Shown here: positions 37,146-50,262 of the stretch, piece after piece
Numbering within the stretch: position 1 is the first letter of the stretch
Layout: every line of letters begins with the position of its first letter
NCBI RefSeq assembly: GCF_018977255.1
Contig: NW_024704743.1
Span: 56,174,001 to 56,238,000 of the forward strand
Direction: 5' to 3'
Length of the DNA: 64,000 bases
From: Callorhinchus milii
Taxonomy: Eukaryota
Notes under the pieces: model-generated
What the model was told of the DNA's origin: nothing
Database searches by the model: none
Seen by the model: the letters and a program-made list of their open reading frames with translations, nothing else
Program-made: the position numbers and the translations under genes

Positions 37146-37748
37146 TTACTTTTTTTTAATGAATCTTTGAAATCCATAACAACATACATCTTCAAGGGCA
37201 GAAATATTTGTATACAATGTATTGCTATCGCCTTGTGATGTCTTTTTTTGTTGGAAATCTTTACTTGCACTGATACTAATCCATATTATAGAAGTGCACC
37301 TAGTGCACTGACCTATTAGTCCTGATTATAAATAATATCCCTACGCAAGTCACTACACTTTACGGTAAATACCATAAGCAATTTGAGTTGTGCTCCTGAT
37401 GTAAAAGGTGCTGTATCAAGTACAAGGATTATTATTTTTAATATAACTGATCAAGATTCAGATATTGAATTATTGCAGAATGATTGTCAGATTTTTTTGA
37501 AAAAAGAAAACAACATGAAAGTGAGAAAAAGAAGTGGATTTTTGTAATGGTTGCATAACCTGGATATCTAATGATGATGATCATAAGTGCAGCCAGCTCA
37601 GGGGATTTCTGTAACTTTTTTTCAAAAACATTTCTGGCCATCTGCCTGTTCAGACCAGTATAAAACTGCATTGTTGTTGATCTTCCCCAGAGATTGCTTC
37701 TGTGTAACTGGCAATGTTTGTGGAATCCATTTTGTCATTTAAATTGAG

Positions 37749-38055
37749 TAAATAATAATAATCCTTGCAGTTGATATAGTGCTTTTCACGTCTTCTAGAT
37801 GTCTCAAAATGCTTCACAGAATATACCGTAAAGTGAATTGACTGTAGATTTGTGAGCGAAATACAGCAGCCAATTGCACACAGTAGTGTACCACAAACAG
37901 TTTTCGATTGAAGTAACCGATTTATTTGTTTTTCTTGAGGGATTATTATCAGGCATGTGGAGTAAGGAAACTTGCCCAAGGTTACGCCCTGCTGGGAATC
38001 AAACCCAGATCTCTTGCTTGCGGGGCGAGTGCTCTAACCACTGAGCTACAGGACT
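37749..38055 (-). mobile_element. tRNA-headed SINE (short form)
   Basis: Colinear with 17517-17834; ends gtgctctaaccactgagctacaggact on +. Confidence 0.9.
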
Positions 38056-39289
38056 GTATCAAATGTACCAATAACTTTGTATTTCAACATTCTTGAGGGC
38101 AACAAGAATGGTTTCAAGCAAAATCCAGAATAGCTTTTGAAGTGGAATTAGTCAAATATTTCAAAAAATATATATAAATAGGTTTGGGGGGAAAGGGCAG
38201 AGGTGTGGGCTAGGTCTTTCAGAAATACAGCATGTGCACGATGGACCGAATGGCCTCCTTCTGTGAGGTAAAATGTTAATGAATCTATTTCAATAGCTGC
38301 AGAGGCACTCCTCTTTCAAGCTGCTTAGTAATGTTGAAGGAAGTATAACTTGACCTGCCATTTAGATCAGCTTCTAATTAACTGAAAGGTCCAGACCACA
38401 TGCATATTGGTGCATTTTTGGTGCTGTTCAAAAGGCTAAACACAACGTTGTTCGCTCACAGGTGAGGTGTGAAAAGGTTCTGAAATGTTTGCATTTTGAG
38501 CTAATCATGACTGGTTGCAATGCAGTCACTGAGATAAAATAATCTGTGACATTAAACTGCATCATGACCTGAAACATGATAAATTATATAGAAACGAATG
38601 GCTTGGTGTTTTCGAATTCTATGATAATGAGTGGATTTGGATGTAAAACATTATGATAATAAGCAGGTTTCACTGTAACATGAAACCCTAACTCCATAGA
38701 AATTACCAGGCCTCGGTATTTAATGTTACAACCATTAATGTAATAATGTTTCAATTAATTCAGGTTGACTGAATAATTGTGCGTTATAAGTTGATTTCTA
38801 ATGAGGGCACATTTAGTAAAAAGGTTTTGTATAGTTCTGATATCCTGTGGGTAATTATATTGTAATTATATAGTAAAAAGAAAGTAACCATTATCTGCTG
38901 GTGCTGTTAGTTGGACTTAATTAACAATTGGAGACACCTAATCATAAATCCTAATGAGTATGACTGGCAGTTATTCAAACTCAATGGCTCTTACTCACAA
39001 TGGGATACATGGTGAGAATACTAGTCATGAAAGTTTTTTATAAAAAGAGGTGGTGTGATTTTCAAAACCTCCACACTGTAGTATTCCCATTTAATTGGCT
39101 TCTTCACAGCTTTATCATGTCTGGAAAAGTGCTTCATCCATTCGGAAAGATGCCTCTTCCTGAAGGGTCTCATTGAAGAAGATGGTAGGTTCAGGGCAAG
39201 AGTAGGGGAATAAGATTAGAATTAAAAGCTCCAAACTGAACAGGATTTTGCAACCCGTAATACCTCCTGCATTAGACTCCGTGGATGCA

Positions 39290-39692
39290 TCACTCTCGAT
39301 CCACACCTAGCACAGCATCCCCCAGTGGATCAACTTCAAGATCTTTGTCCTCATCTGTAAATGCCTCCATGACCTTGCACCACCTGTCTTTAAAATCTCC
39401 TGTAACTCAACTCTACTGGCTATTTGCTCCGCTCTGCCAACTTTGGTCTGATCCATGCTTTCTACCCCAGGATCAGCAGATGAGCTTTCAGCCATTTTGC
39501 TCCCTTTAAATTCCTCTGGAACTCTTCAGATATCTCTTTGCCTCACTCATTCCCTCTCTACTTTAACCTACAAATCACTTCATGTTCTGGTTCTTTCCTA
39601 CCTCTCCAACCTGCTCACAACCCCAATCCTCTACCAGTCCCCATTGTTACATGCCCTCATGTAGGGCACTATGTAAATTCAAGTTGTTATTG
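39290..39692 (+). mobile_element. Old L2 3' fragment(s)
   Basis: atcaacttcaagatctttgtcctc (INFKI..L), gagctttcagccatttt, tail gggcactatgtaaattcaagttgtt. Confidence 0.6.
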
Positions 39693-40344
39693 CTTTCAAA
39701 TCCCACAGTAGATCTTACTCTTTGACCGTGCTTTTGGCTCCCTCCTAACTCAGGTTCCAGCTCAATCTCTATAAAGCACTTATGAGACATTTTCCCAATG
39801 TACTATTTTCCCAAGGTACTATACAAATGTGTTATTATTAATCATAGTCCTTTCTTTTAATATAGTACCTTTTACATCTTGAGGACCTCTCGTAATGCTT
39901 CATAGAATTTGCCTCAAAGTATAGTGGTTGTATTTTGTATGCGAAATGCAGCAGCCGATTTTCACATAGCAGCATTCCACAAACAGCCATGAAGTATGTT
40001 ATTGAAGGAAAGTCACTTATCGATTGAGAGCCCTAGTGGGAGGGGGAATGAGATTAGAACCGAGTTATCATTGGGAAAAACCAACATCAGTAAACTCATG
40101 ATAGGCCAAATAGCTCTCTTGTTATGATATGCAGAATTGTTTCGGGAATTTAACCCCTGATGCTATGGTACAAAGGGTTTGTATCTGATTTGATTTCCTT
40201 TGCGTGATCTCTCTCCTCTCTCTTTACTTCTCCCCCACCCCCATATTAACCATGAGTTGAGACAAATGCAATCAGGATGTGATTCAAAGTGTGCCAATTA
40301 ATGCTGGAATCTGATCAATTAGAAGTTTATGCTTGAAGGCTTAG

Positions 40345-40453
40345 TTGAGGGAGGGCAGGAGGCTCATGTGGAGCATAAGCACCAGCATAGACAGTTGGGC
40401 CGAATGGCCTGTTTCTGTGCTGTATATTCTAATGTAATGTATTCTAATGTAAT
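40345..40453 (+). mobile_element. CR1-type 3' UTR/tail remnant
   Basis: gttgggccgaatggcctgtttctgtgctgtatattctaatgtaat with repeated attctaatgt. Confidence 0.7.
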
Positions 40454-41702
40454 CCTTTGTGGTGGTCTTGGTAGTCCTGTTCTGAACTAACTCCATCCTG
40501 TGATCTTGCCATCCTGTGCCTAATTCTTTTCAGAATTGGGAAGTAGGGTGTGTCCCTTCAACATTCTAGATGTATAGAAATCTCGATATGTAAGTGGAAC
40601 TGTCTGGTTTGGGTACTCTTGATCAAGGATGGCCAACTTGCCCACATGAAGATTCCACGCATGTCTAATGTACCCCACATGCGTCATGTTAACGTTTGCC
40701 ATTTAGCTATCCATGCTTTCGAGTATGTTGATGGGCTTCTATGTGTTCGATACCCACCAGACCAAAGAAAATGTAACATGGATTTGAGGGCTTTTGCAGT
40801 ATCAATAGTTAAGCTGATCAACTTCAAGATCCTCATTGTCACCAACAAATCTTAACATCCTCTTTCCCACCGACCTGCTCCCACACTCCCCCCAAACTCT
40901 GTCCATCTTTCCCAGTCTTAATCTCCTGCTCATCCAAATTTTGGGAGCTGTGCTGTTAATTAATACCTTCCATCCCCACTTGGCAGCTAACTCTTGGACA
41001 ACTGTGCCTCTATCCTCTGGAACTCCTTCCCTAATCCCTCAGCCTAGACCCCTCTCTGTCCTTAAAATCCTCATGGAAAATCTTCTAGTTTGACCATGTC
41101 TAACATGTACACCATCTCTGCTCGAAGACCAGGGCTGTCCTTAGAAAGAACTTTGAGATGTTCTCCTAATTAAAAGTCATCGCATCAGTGTAGTCCTGAG
41201 ACTGCGATAGAAAGTTTTTATGGTCAGGAGCATCAAGCAGAGGCAGAAATGATAAAACCAGACCTGGATTACATTGTTTCACATTTTCATCCAAGAGCTA
41301 TCTGAGCTGAGTGTTATTCTTTGGAATCATGCCTAATGGGAGACCAGATTTGGTGGCAAAGCTATTTAATAGTCTGTGTAAAACATCACAGGAATATAGA
41401 CTAGCAATAATGTTTGTTGTTGAGCTGGACTTGGAATTTCTTAATTTCTTTGAACATTTAACTTCTTCCAGTTAAGATCATTTATAGATGGAAACTGTTG
41501 CTGAGCTGAGAGTCATTTGCAGTATACTTCAATCATTTTATATTGATTGACATAAAGGTTCAATGTTAAATAGAAAACTAATAGCTATCATTAGAAAACA
41601 TTATGTAAAGGGAATGAGAGGTGCAATCTTCTAAACTAAAGTATTAATGACATTTTAGTTTGGACCAGAAGCTTCATTCTTTATTCTATATATCTGTGTA
41701 AA

Positions 41703-42090
41703 CCTGGCTCAGTTGGTAGGACTCTCACCGTGGAGTCAGAAGATTATGGGCTCAAACTCAATCTCGACTGACCCGTCAATGCAGTGCTGGGGACATGTTG
41801 CATTGCAGGAGGTGCTGTCTTTCGGATAAGACATTAAACCAAAATCACGCCTGCCTTTTCAGATCCCATGCACTATTTGAAAAGAAAGGGAGTTCTCCTG
41901 ATGTCCTGGCCAATAGTTCCCTGAATAAAATTTGTTTCATGGCTGTTTATGGAACATTGCTGGGCACAATTGTGCTGCCGCATTTGTCTGTAAATACAAA
42001 GTCACTCAATTTCACAGTAAATCCTGTGAAGTGCTTTGAGAATCTTTCTGACTTGATAAGACATTATATCAAATGTAAGGATTATTATTA
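41703..42090 (+). mobile_element. Deu-domain SINE, near full length
   Basis: tggctcagttggtag A-box head, ggaggtgctgtctttcggataagacattaaacc core, aaatgtaaggattattatta tail. Confidence 0.8.
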
Positions 42091-44215
42091 AATCAAGGAC
42101 CCATCTGCCTATTCAGGTTGATGTTAAAGATCCCATGGCATTTTTGCTTTGCACATGTATTTTATCAGTAGCAAAGACTATAAACTGATGTAAATTTTAT
42201 CTAACGTTTAATTATACCCTTTTGTAAACTCAAACACAACAGCCCAGTGCTTCCACTTCCTTTTGTAGTGAAGTCCAAATAAGCACAACATTTGCAATTC
42301 TTCCAGAAAAAGAAGCTTACAGTTCTTTTTCCGCAGGCTATTGCTGATCACCATTTAATGATGAGTTGGGTCTTGCATAATATCCCACTAGGATAAAAGA
42401 ATACTGTTAAGCCAATTGGCTTAGTATATTCTTTGAACCTATCCAACAGACAAACTGTAAATCCTATACAATTAACTGGCTGTACGTGATGTGTTCTTGT
42501 GCCATATTAAAATGACCTTTCCCTTTGTTAATGACACACAACAGAAAATGTTTTTTGGGGGTTTTATTTCTTAAACCTGTCACAGGTCTAGGGAACTTAA
42601 AACCTCCCTGGACCAGGCACTTTTAAATGTTGACTAACTTTGCGTCCTGTGATATTTATCATTTACTACTAAAGTAATATGTATTTGCACACACAAATGT
42701 TTTTGCTTGCTTTGCCTTCTATTTTTTCTGACTTTTCACTCATTCCCTAATCTTTCTACCCTATTTTCATTTTACTTTTCCAAAAATAAAATCCTTTTTA
42801 AACATTTCAACATCTCAATGCACTTCACAAGGTTTACTGTAAAGTGTAGTGGTGTACACAACAGCTAATTTGAATAGAGCAATATCTCACAAACGGTCAT
42901 GAAGTGAATGACTAATTTTATCAGGTTTTTTTGGGGGGATAGATCATTGGAAGAAACTTCCTTACTTTTTTGCACAATTCTTAATGTCCACTGAACAGTC
43001 AGATTGGACCTTGGTTTTCAGTCTCATCTGAAGCACATCACGTAAAGAGCTCATCCAGCAGTTAAATGGAGTGTCGACCTAGACTATGGGCTCAAAATGC
43101 ACACAAAATGTCGTTGTAATACTTGCTGAAAAGGGCAGGAGAGAAGTGGAAGTAGGCCAATTATTTTGAGGGTTTTTTATTTGTGATTTGATAATTTCAC
43201 ACCAGCTGTCTTTTAGCATAACCATTTGCTGCACTGATGTGCTCTATTATGGTTGTTCTTGTCACATGGGTTAACCACACATCAGGTGGCTTGAACAGAT
43301 GCTTGTTTGGGGACTTTTTCAACACCTTTAATTGCATTCACTGTTTAGGGATGCATATGACCTAATATTTCAAGACCAATGAGGCTTATAAAAATTGTAC
43401 ATTAGCTTTAAAAGGGCTGAAACAACTGAACTAGAACTTCCGGCAGTAATTTTCAATTAATTTTTGCCTCAGCCATTTGACACCCTGTGCAAATTTATTG
43501 TTTTGAAACCTCTTGATTTACCAGTCAGTTTCCACTGTGATATCCATTCGGAATAAATAGCTTTGTCCCATGCAGTGGGTAGGGTGAGGGGCTGAATGAA
43601 GGTAGTGGCCTTGGTGAAGTTTTGGGAGGTCACAGAGGTAGGCCGGGGGAAGATCATGGTGGGATTTGAAGGTGAGGACGAGGATCTTGAACTTGATTCA
43701 CTAGACAAGACATATCGGGATTCAATACTTTTTGAGGATTCCTATAGATCAGTTCTGTAGTTTATCATGAGAATTAGTCACATTCACACACAAAATACAT
43801 AGTCACTAAACTTTGTAGCAAACTCATGAGAAAATGTGTTAAGATGTCCTTTCAATATGAAAGATAATGTAAGGATTGTTCTTTTATAAGATACATATAA
43901 TAGATCATTTTAGCTGAAATCTAACCAAACTGGGTAGAGGTTGATGTGGGTCCCATCTGATCATATCGCTCGTTTTGACCTTTTGTGTCAGGGCTGTTGT
44001 TGACCTTTGGGCTAATTTTACGTTTTGATTGTTTTGGGCATGATATGAATTCTGTAATTAAATGGATATAATAAATAAATTATTGGAGCGGGGATGAGGG
44101 GTGGGGGGTGTAAGAGATGGCATTTTTTTAGTTTTCAGAAAAACTAAAATTGCCCTTGAAAAATTGTAGAAATTAGATGCTTATATATCCTGCTTTTTGT
44201 TTTTAAATCATTCAG

Positions 44216-44332
44216 GATCGGCAATCCACTGTGAAAAGAAAAGACGGCACTTCTCTGCAAATAAAGAACTCAGAGGAGCGTAACAAAATGCAAAGAGCCA
44301 ACTCGATCACTGTTGATGGACAGGGATTGCAG
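44216..44332 (+). CDS. DGKB: DGK beta linker exon (DRQSTVKRKDGTSLQIKNSEERNKMQRANSITVDGQGLQ)
   Basis: ttcag| acceptor, CAG|gtattt donor; 117 nt; RQSTVK and NKMQRANS.TVDGQGLQ match remembered DGKB rather than DGKA/DGKG. Confidence 0.95.
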
Positions 44333-44634
44333 GTATTTTCAATTCCAAGATCCTTCTATTTCAATGGAATAAATAGAGGTGCCTTTGGATGTAAGAGCAT
44401 ACAGTGAAGTAGCCTAAAATGTAACCTCTGTACTAAATGCAATGGGCAAACTTGGCTGAGTGTCTATATTGAACTGCATTTAATCTACGTTGTGTGTGGC
44501 AATTATGAACATGTGTTTTCCAGTTTAGAGAAGATTAGACGAGTTTATGGCAGCTTGTTTCTTTTTCTGGGAGTTTGGTGTTGGGAGGTGGGGGAGAAGG
44601 AAGGAAGAAGAGCTTTGCTCTTATGTTATTAGCC

Positions 44635-44995
44635 TATATAGTCTAAATTGACACTCCAGTGCAATGCTGTGGAAGTGTTCTGCGTTGTTGGAGTTGCTGT
44701 CCTTCAGTTGAGATGTTAAACCAAGGTCCTGTCTGTGCCTGTTAAGGTGGACATTAAAGATCCCATTGCACTATTCAAAAAGAGAAAGCAATTTTTAGGG
44801 TGTCCTGATCATCATTCCCCCAGAGCAAATTGGTCATTTACTTCATGCCTGTTTGTGGGACATTGCTGTGTGCAAATTAGCTGCTGTGCTTGCCCACAAA
44901 ATACACAAAGTCACAGCACTTTACAATATATCCTCTGAAGCACTTTGATATATCTTGATGAACTGATTTGTATCAAATAAAAGTATTATTATTAT
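44635..44995 (+). mobile_element. Deu-domain SINE (head lost)
   Basis: gacactccagtgcaatgctg...gagatgttaaaccaaggtcctgtctg...aaagatcccattgcactattc. Confidence 0.78.
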
Positions 44996-47900
44996 ATTCC
45001 CACAAGTTGGCACTCTGTTAAGAACGTTTGTATTGTACTTAGAATTGAGTTTATTCCTATAGAAATTTCCTTCCAATATCGACCTGTTCTTGCAGAGATT
45101 CCTCCACCTCCTTCTATAGTTTCTACATATTTAGTATAGGAAGGCATCTCTCCATACATCCAGGAGTGTTTGGTGTTACTTAAGATGCAGCTTCTCAGCT
45201 GTTAACAGCATCACAAAGCTCCAGTGCTGCAGTGCTATAATACTTTAGCACTCCAGGTCAATAGTGCTATTTTATTTCAAATCCTGCATGTGCGGCACCA
45301 TTGTCATTTCAAGATTTCTAAAGAACAATGCTGCTCTTTGGTTCTCTTTCCCCTGACCATAGGCTACTGTTTAGCAGAGCACAATCCAACGTGATGATAG
45401 ATAATTATGAAAGTGCTGATGGAAGTAACAGCAATTTGCACTATTGCACACTCCATTACTGCTTCCTCATTTAAAACAATGGGAGGCCATGCCGCGCACA
45501 CAAAAAAATAATTATACCCTTGAGCTGGAATCTTGAACATCACTGGTTAAAATACAGTCAAACCTCAGAAAGTCGTCTTCTGTTTCGCCTGCGGGCTCTC
45601 TTCTATAGGCACCAATCAAATTGTGAGTGACATTAGAGGTCATTGGTGCATAAATATTGACCATAGTTAATGTCTCTAACAGCAGCTCAAGACTTTCAGA
45701 AATAACCAGGAAGTGTATTGATGATGCCTGAAGCAGCTTTTGCTTTGCAGCTTACAGCTGTTGCTTCTGGAAAGTATTGGGTTAATTGGTATGTGACCAA
45801 TTAAAGACTGAAACCTGCAACCTCAAAGAACTATAGTCTTATAATCGAGTTACAATTTTTATTATTGAAAACTTTTCTTTGGTCAAATGGCTATTGATCT
45901 GTCGGCTGAAACATGATCACAAAAACTTTATTTGCAACCCAGTTTTTTTAAAAAATAGTTTCTCCCAGGTGACTGCTTTAGGGGGTCATTATATTTGTGT
46001 TTCATTCCGAGGGGAAAAGCATATGGTCACTGATGGAACAAGCCATGATTGCTGTATTTTGACGTGTGCCGGCAGGCTAATGGTAGATCTGGTTCGTGTA
46101 CAGTAAATTGAGTGTAGTTTGGTGTGTAATAAAGCAAGTGCCCTGTGCCAAACTCTTTGCATCCTGGTTTTGGAGGTAAGGCACAGACTCCAGGTTGAGC
46201 CATGAATCAACATGCTTGCAAGCAATTGGACATTGCCAATAATGGTCACGATTAAGTTATTTTCCACCTGCCAGGCTGTAGTTCAGCACCATTGCCCAAA
46301 ATAACAATGTTCGTTTTATACAGCATTACTCCGGAAATGATTTTTAATTGCTTGGATTGTACAAATTGCATTTGGGTACTTTAACTCTTTGCAACGTTGT
46401 ATTGAGAGGACCATTAAGCTCTCCCTGTTAAATCTGAGCTGATTAGCAAAGCCAATTCATATTTACCTCCCAAAGAATCGGAGCCTCTTCAGTGGAGGGG
46501 GAAAAAACCTAAAAGAATAAGTGCAGCACACTCTATAGATACCATGGCAACAAGAGAGACCTATACAGTTCATTGATGTCTATTAATCATGGTTAAGCAC
46601 ATTTATCTTAGTTCTTTATAGCTAACCAGCATAATGATCAGGATTATTATTTATAATTAGAGGAAGTAATAGATCATACATAACCTTTGGATGAGTCTCA
46701 TTAATTTACCTGATTCCATCGGGACTTCATACTGAGGTAGTTAGGTACTTCATCTCTGTCATTCTGTGCTCCATTGGCATATAGTTAATGCTCTGGAAAG
46801 GACAGCAGCATGATCATGGAAAGGAAAATATTACACAATCCCAAGGGAATCTTCTGTCTGGTTTGTTCAAAAGTGGTGCGAAAAATGTAGGACATCCCTT
46901 TTGAAAGTTGAGGTGCAAAGTATCCAGCGACATAAGGGTTACCCATTATGTTAGCGGCTGATTCATTGCATTAGTTGATAACATTGTCAGTGTTAACATG
47001 AAATAAGAGCACAGTGCCAAGTGCCACTATGTCAATTATGATAACTATACTTAATGATCAGAGATTTACTTTCAATTAAATGTGCCGCTTAATTAACTGT
47101 GAAAGTTGGTAAGTCAATAAAAATTCAACAGCATATTTTATAGAATAAAACCTTGAGTTATGGGGTACTCATGGAAAATTGCTGGTTTTAAAATAATTCA
47201 CAATGATGAGAGCATATTGTTTGGAAATACAACTACCCTGGTTTGAAAGGGTGTTGCTCTAAGGCCTTATACAGTCCCTCAGTTGGGTTTCCCAGAACGA
47301 CTTGAGTTCCATTTTGTTCAATACTAACAACCAACTGTTATTAAATTTGAAACAATCCTTCCCCCATCAACCATATTTTTAAAAAATAAGAGTTGAACTG
47401 TATCTAGTTATTCCAAAGCTTGAACAGCCCTGAAACCTCTGTCATTGTGAAATTACCAGGCAAATGTAGTGGCATCAGAAACTGCACAGATCTGGACCTA
47501 AAGCTTCCCTTTGAATCAATTTTCATATGTTCTGTCTCCCCTGGAAATCTGGATGAGGAAAGTTTTTTTGAGTACTAGAATGCTTGTCCCATTTGAGATT
47601 GATGCACCTTAAGCCTGCTAAGACTCTAGGCAAGTGACGGTAAGAAATGTAATATGCCACTGTTTGCTGGACACCACTTTGAATGAACTTTTTTTGTTAA
47701 AGGAGAACAGTACTGACCCAACAAGTAACCCAGTAGGTCCTAATGTTTTGTCCTCTAAGAAATCCTGTGAATGTTAAACATGCGCTGTTTGAATCAGTCC
47801 AGACAATTGAATAAAACAAATCAGTTTTTGTTGCATGAATGATTCACTGATCTTTTGCATAAGGTTTCAGGATCTTCCTGTAAATGTTCTAAATACTGCG

Positions 47901-48248
47901 GACTGAAGGATAAGCAGTACAGAGGCAGTAATACCCCCAACATAGAAGGAAGTGGTACAGGTTCTAACCCCCAGATTCATTGCTTGGGGAGATATCAGGC
48001 AGAAACCAGACGTCTCGCTGCGGAGGTGAGGATTACAAAGGCTTGAAATGTGCTATTTGCACCTCTTCAGCAGCTTGTTTAAAGCAGCATCAGAAGCCTG
48101 GGAGTACATTGCTAACCAGCCCCCTAAGCATTGTGTGTCCTGGAGCAATAGAGGGAGGAGAGAGGAATAAATAGGGACATGATACCCTTGCTGAAATTGC
48201 ACACAGCACATAAGCAAACTTCCACACTGATTGCTGAATATCTTATAG

Positions 48249-48356
<108 letters not shown>

Positions 48357-50187
48357 TGAGTGTCTGGTTTTGTCTACAAAATAAATGAAGTGACACGTGC
48401 AACTACAAACACGCATGATGACCATAAATCGTGACTTTCCACAGTCAGCTCATTGCTATAATTAGGAGCATGACATGCAGATGCTTTGAATGTAATTTCA
48501 CTACATTACAATACTCAAATAGATTTCAGGTCAAAAATAAGTTCGAAAAAAAATCATTCCGTGAATTGGATCTTTGTGCAACACCTTTAGCACCAAATTT
48601 GCACACAAAATACCAATAAAATCGCTGTTATGGTTTTCTTTTTCTATTTGAAGGTTTGTCCCTGAAACTATCTTGATAAATTGAATATAAATCATTATTC
48701 AGTTTTATACTCCAGACAATTTTAAAGAGCCTAAAACAAAGTATTGGATTGCACCTTTTAAAATTTTTTGAAAGAAAGGTATACATTTGTTATTGGTTAA
48801 CTGAAGTCTGAACATTATTAATCTTTCTTAAAACTTTCCCTTTTATCAGGCTACATATCTTCTTGTGGCAATTGCTCTTCAATACCCAGCCCAAATGGTC
48901 ATTACTTATATGTAAGTTTTGACTCTGAGTGTGCACCAGCTATTTGACTGTGAGGCCCATCACTGCAGAGCTTGATTCTGCTCTCACCTAAGGTCCCAAA
49001 TGCCTCATGTTCGAGGCCTTGAAAATATTATCTTAAAACTTATGCAGAATTTTGGAAGATGAAATGCTTAAATTCACTGAAAACTTGAAAGCTGATTCTC
49101 CTCTGTACCCTCCCTGGAGACCAGCTAATAGCACCACAGATTGGGAATTGAAGCTTGCGATCTTCCAGTCTGTATGACTCAGTATTATAGTCGGAATGGG
49201 GTAAAAATTTATAATTTTAAATTGCAAAGATTATTTATTACGAATTACCCAGATGTGGTGGAATTGCCCTCTCCCCCCACCACAGGCAAACATATTGACA
49301 TCCAAAAGGTGGATTTGCACCTTTGTTTTTCAGAACATGGCCTCTGAGTGCCAGTTAGCAGCTTCAATACAATTCAGAGTAAAGCTGTGATTCCGCTAAA
49401 TCAGTTGTAAGTTGTGATCCATGAACTGGAAAGCAAACTTCAGTATATTGGAATTCCCGATGGTATTAAATTCTACTTCCAGCTCATTTGGGTAGTTTAC
49501 ATTCAATAGTTGAGGAATTTCTTAATGCAATATAAGCTGCATTATCGATCACATTATTGAATTTATTTAGTGTGTTTGCATTTAAGATCCTTTAAAATTA
49601 GCAAAGGCTTTTAATCTTATCACCATTTTTTTGCCAATTTGGAAAAAGCAAACACGTGTTAAACACAGTTCTGAAATTGTATTTTGTCGCTACGAAACGC
49701 TGAATATTGTATGATTAGAGGTGCTACTCATTAAATGATTGAGGTGCTAGTCATTAATTTTGTGGTGAAAATAAAGTGTAGAAAACAAATGACCTGGTAC
49801 AAGTGTCATGTCTAGTTAATATCTCCTGCAAGTGCCTCCATTTATCCTCCCATGTGACTCTGCAATGTTTCAGCATGTGATGCTGTTGAGAACGCTACGC
49901 CTGGGGACATTAATTAGGTGTGACACCAGTATCAACCTGACCCCATTGCTCCCTGGAAACGGCCTTCATTATAAATCATCATTAAAAAGCAAAATAATTA
50001 CAATAAATACCACTCGCTTTCTTGCTATTAAGCGATAAGTCTGCACACATTACTTTGTATATCAAAAACTCATTTTTGCTTTATTAACTTTACCCTTCAG
50101 CAAACCCATGAAAACTTTAACATAAAACAGATTGCCTCGGAGGGAGTGGCAGAAAAATTAATATGATGTATTTGGAATCTTTTGCAG

Positions 50188-50262
50188 AATCTTCAGAAAG
50201 TTCCAGTTCCTTCTGAATCCGCGCCAGGTTTACAGTCTCGCCAATAGCGGGCCAATGCCAGG
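50188..50262 (+). CDS. DGKB: DGK beta catalytic exon ([25 protein letters not shown])
   Basis: tttgcag| acceptor, GG|gtaagt donor; 75 nt, phase 2 to 2. Confidence 0.97.

Noticed and set aside
45552..45575. TA|CAGTCAAACCTC Tigger-like terminus, and a hAT-like ggggattctcaaact near 20003
   Set aside because: I found no matching second end or TSD for either.
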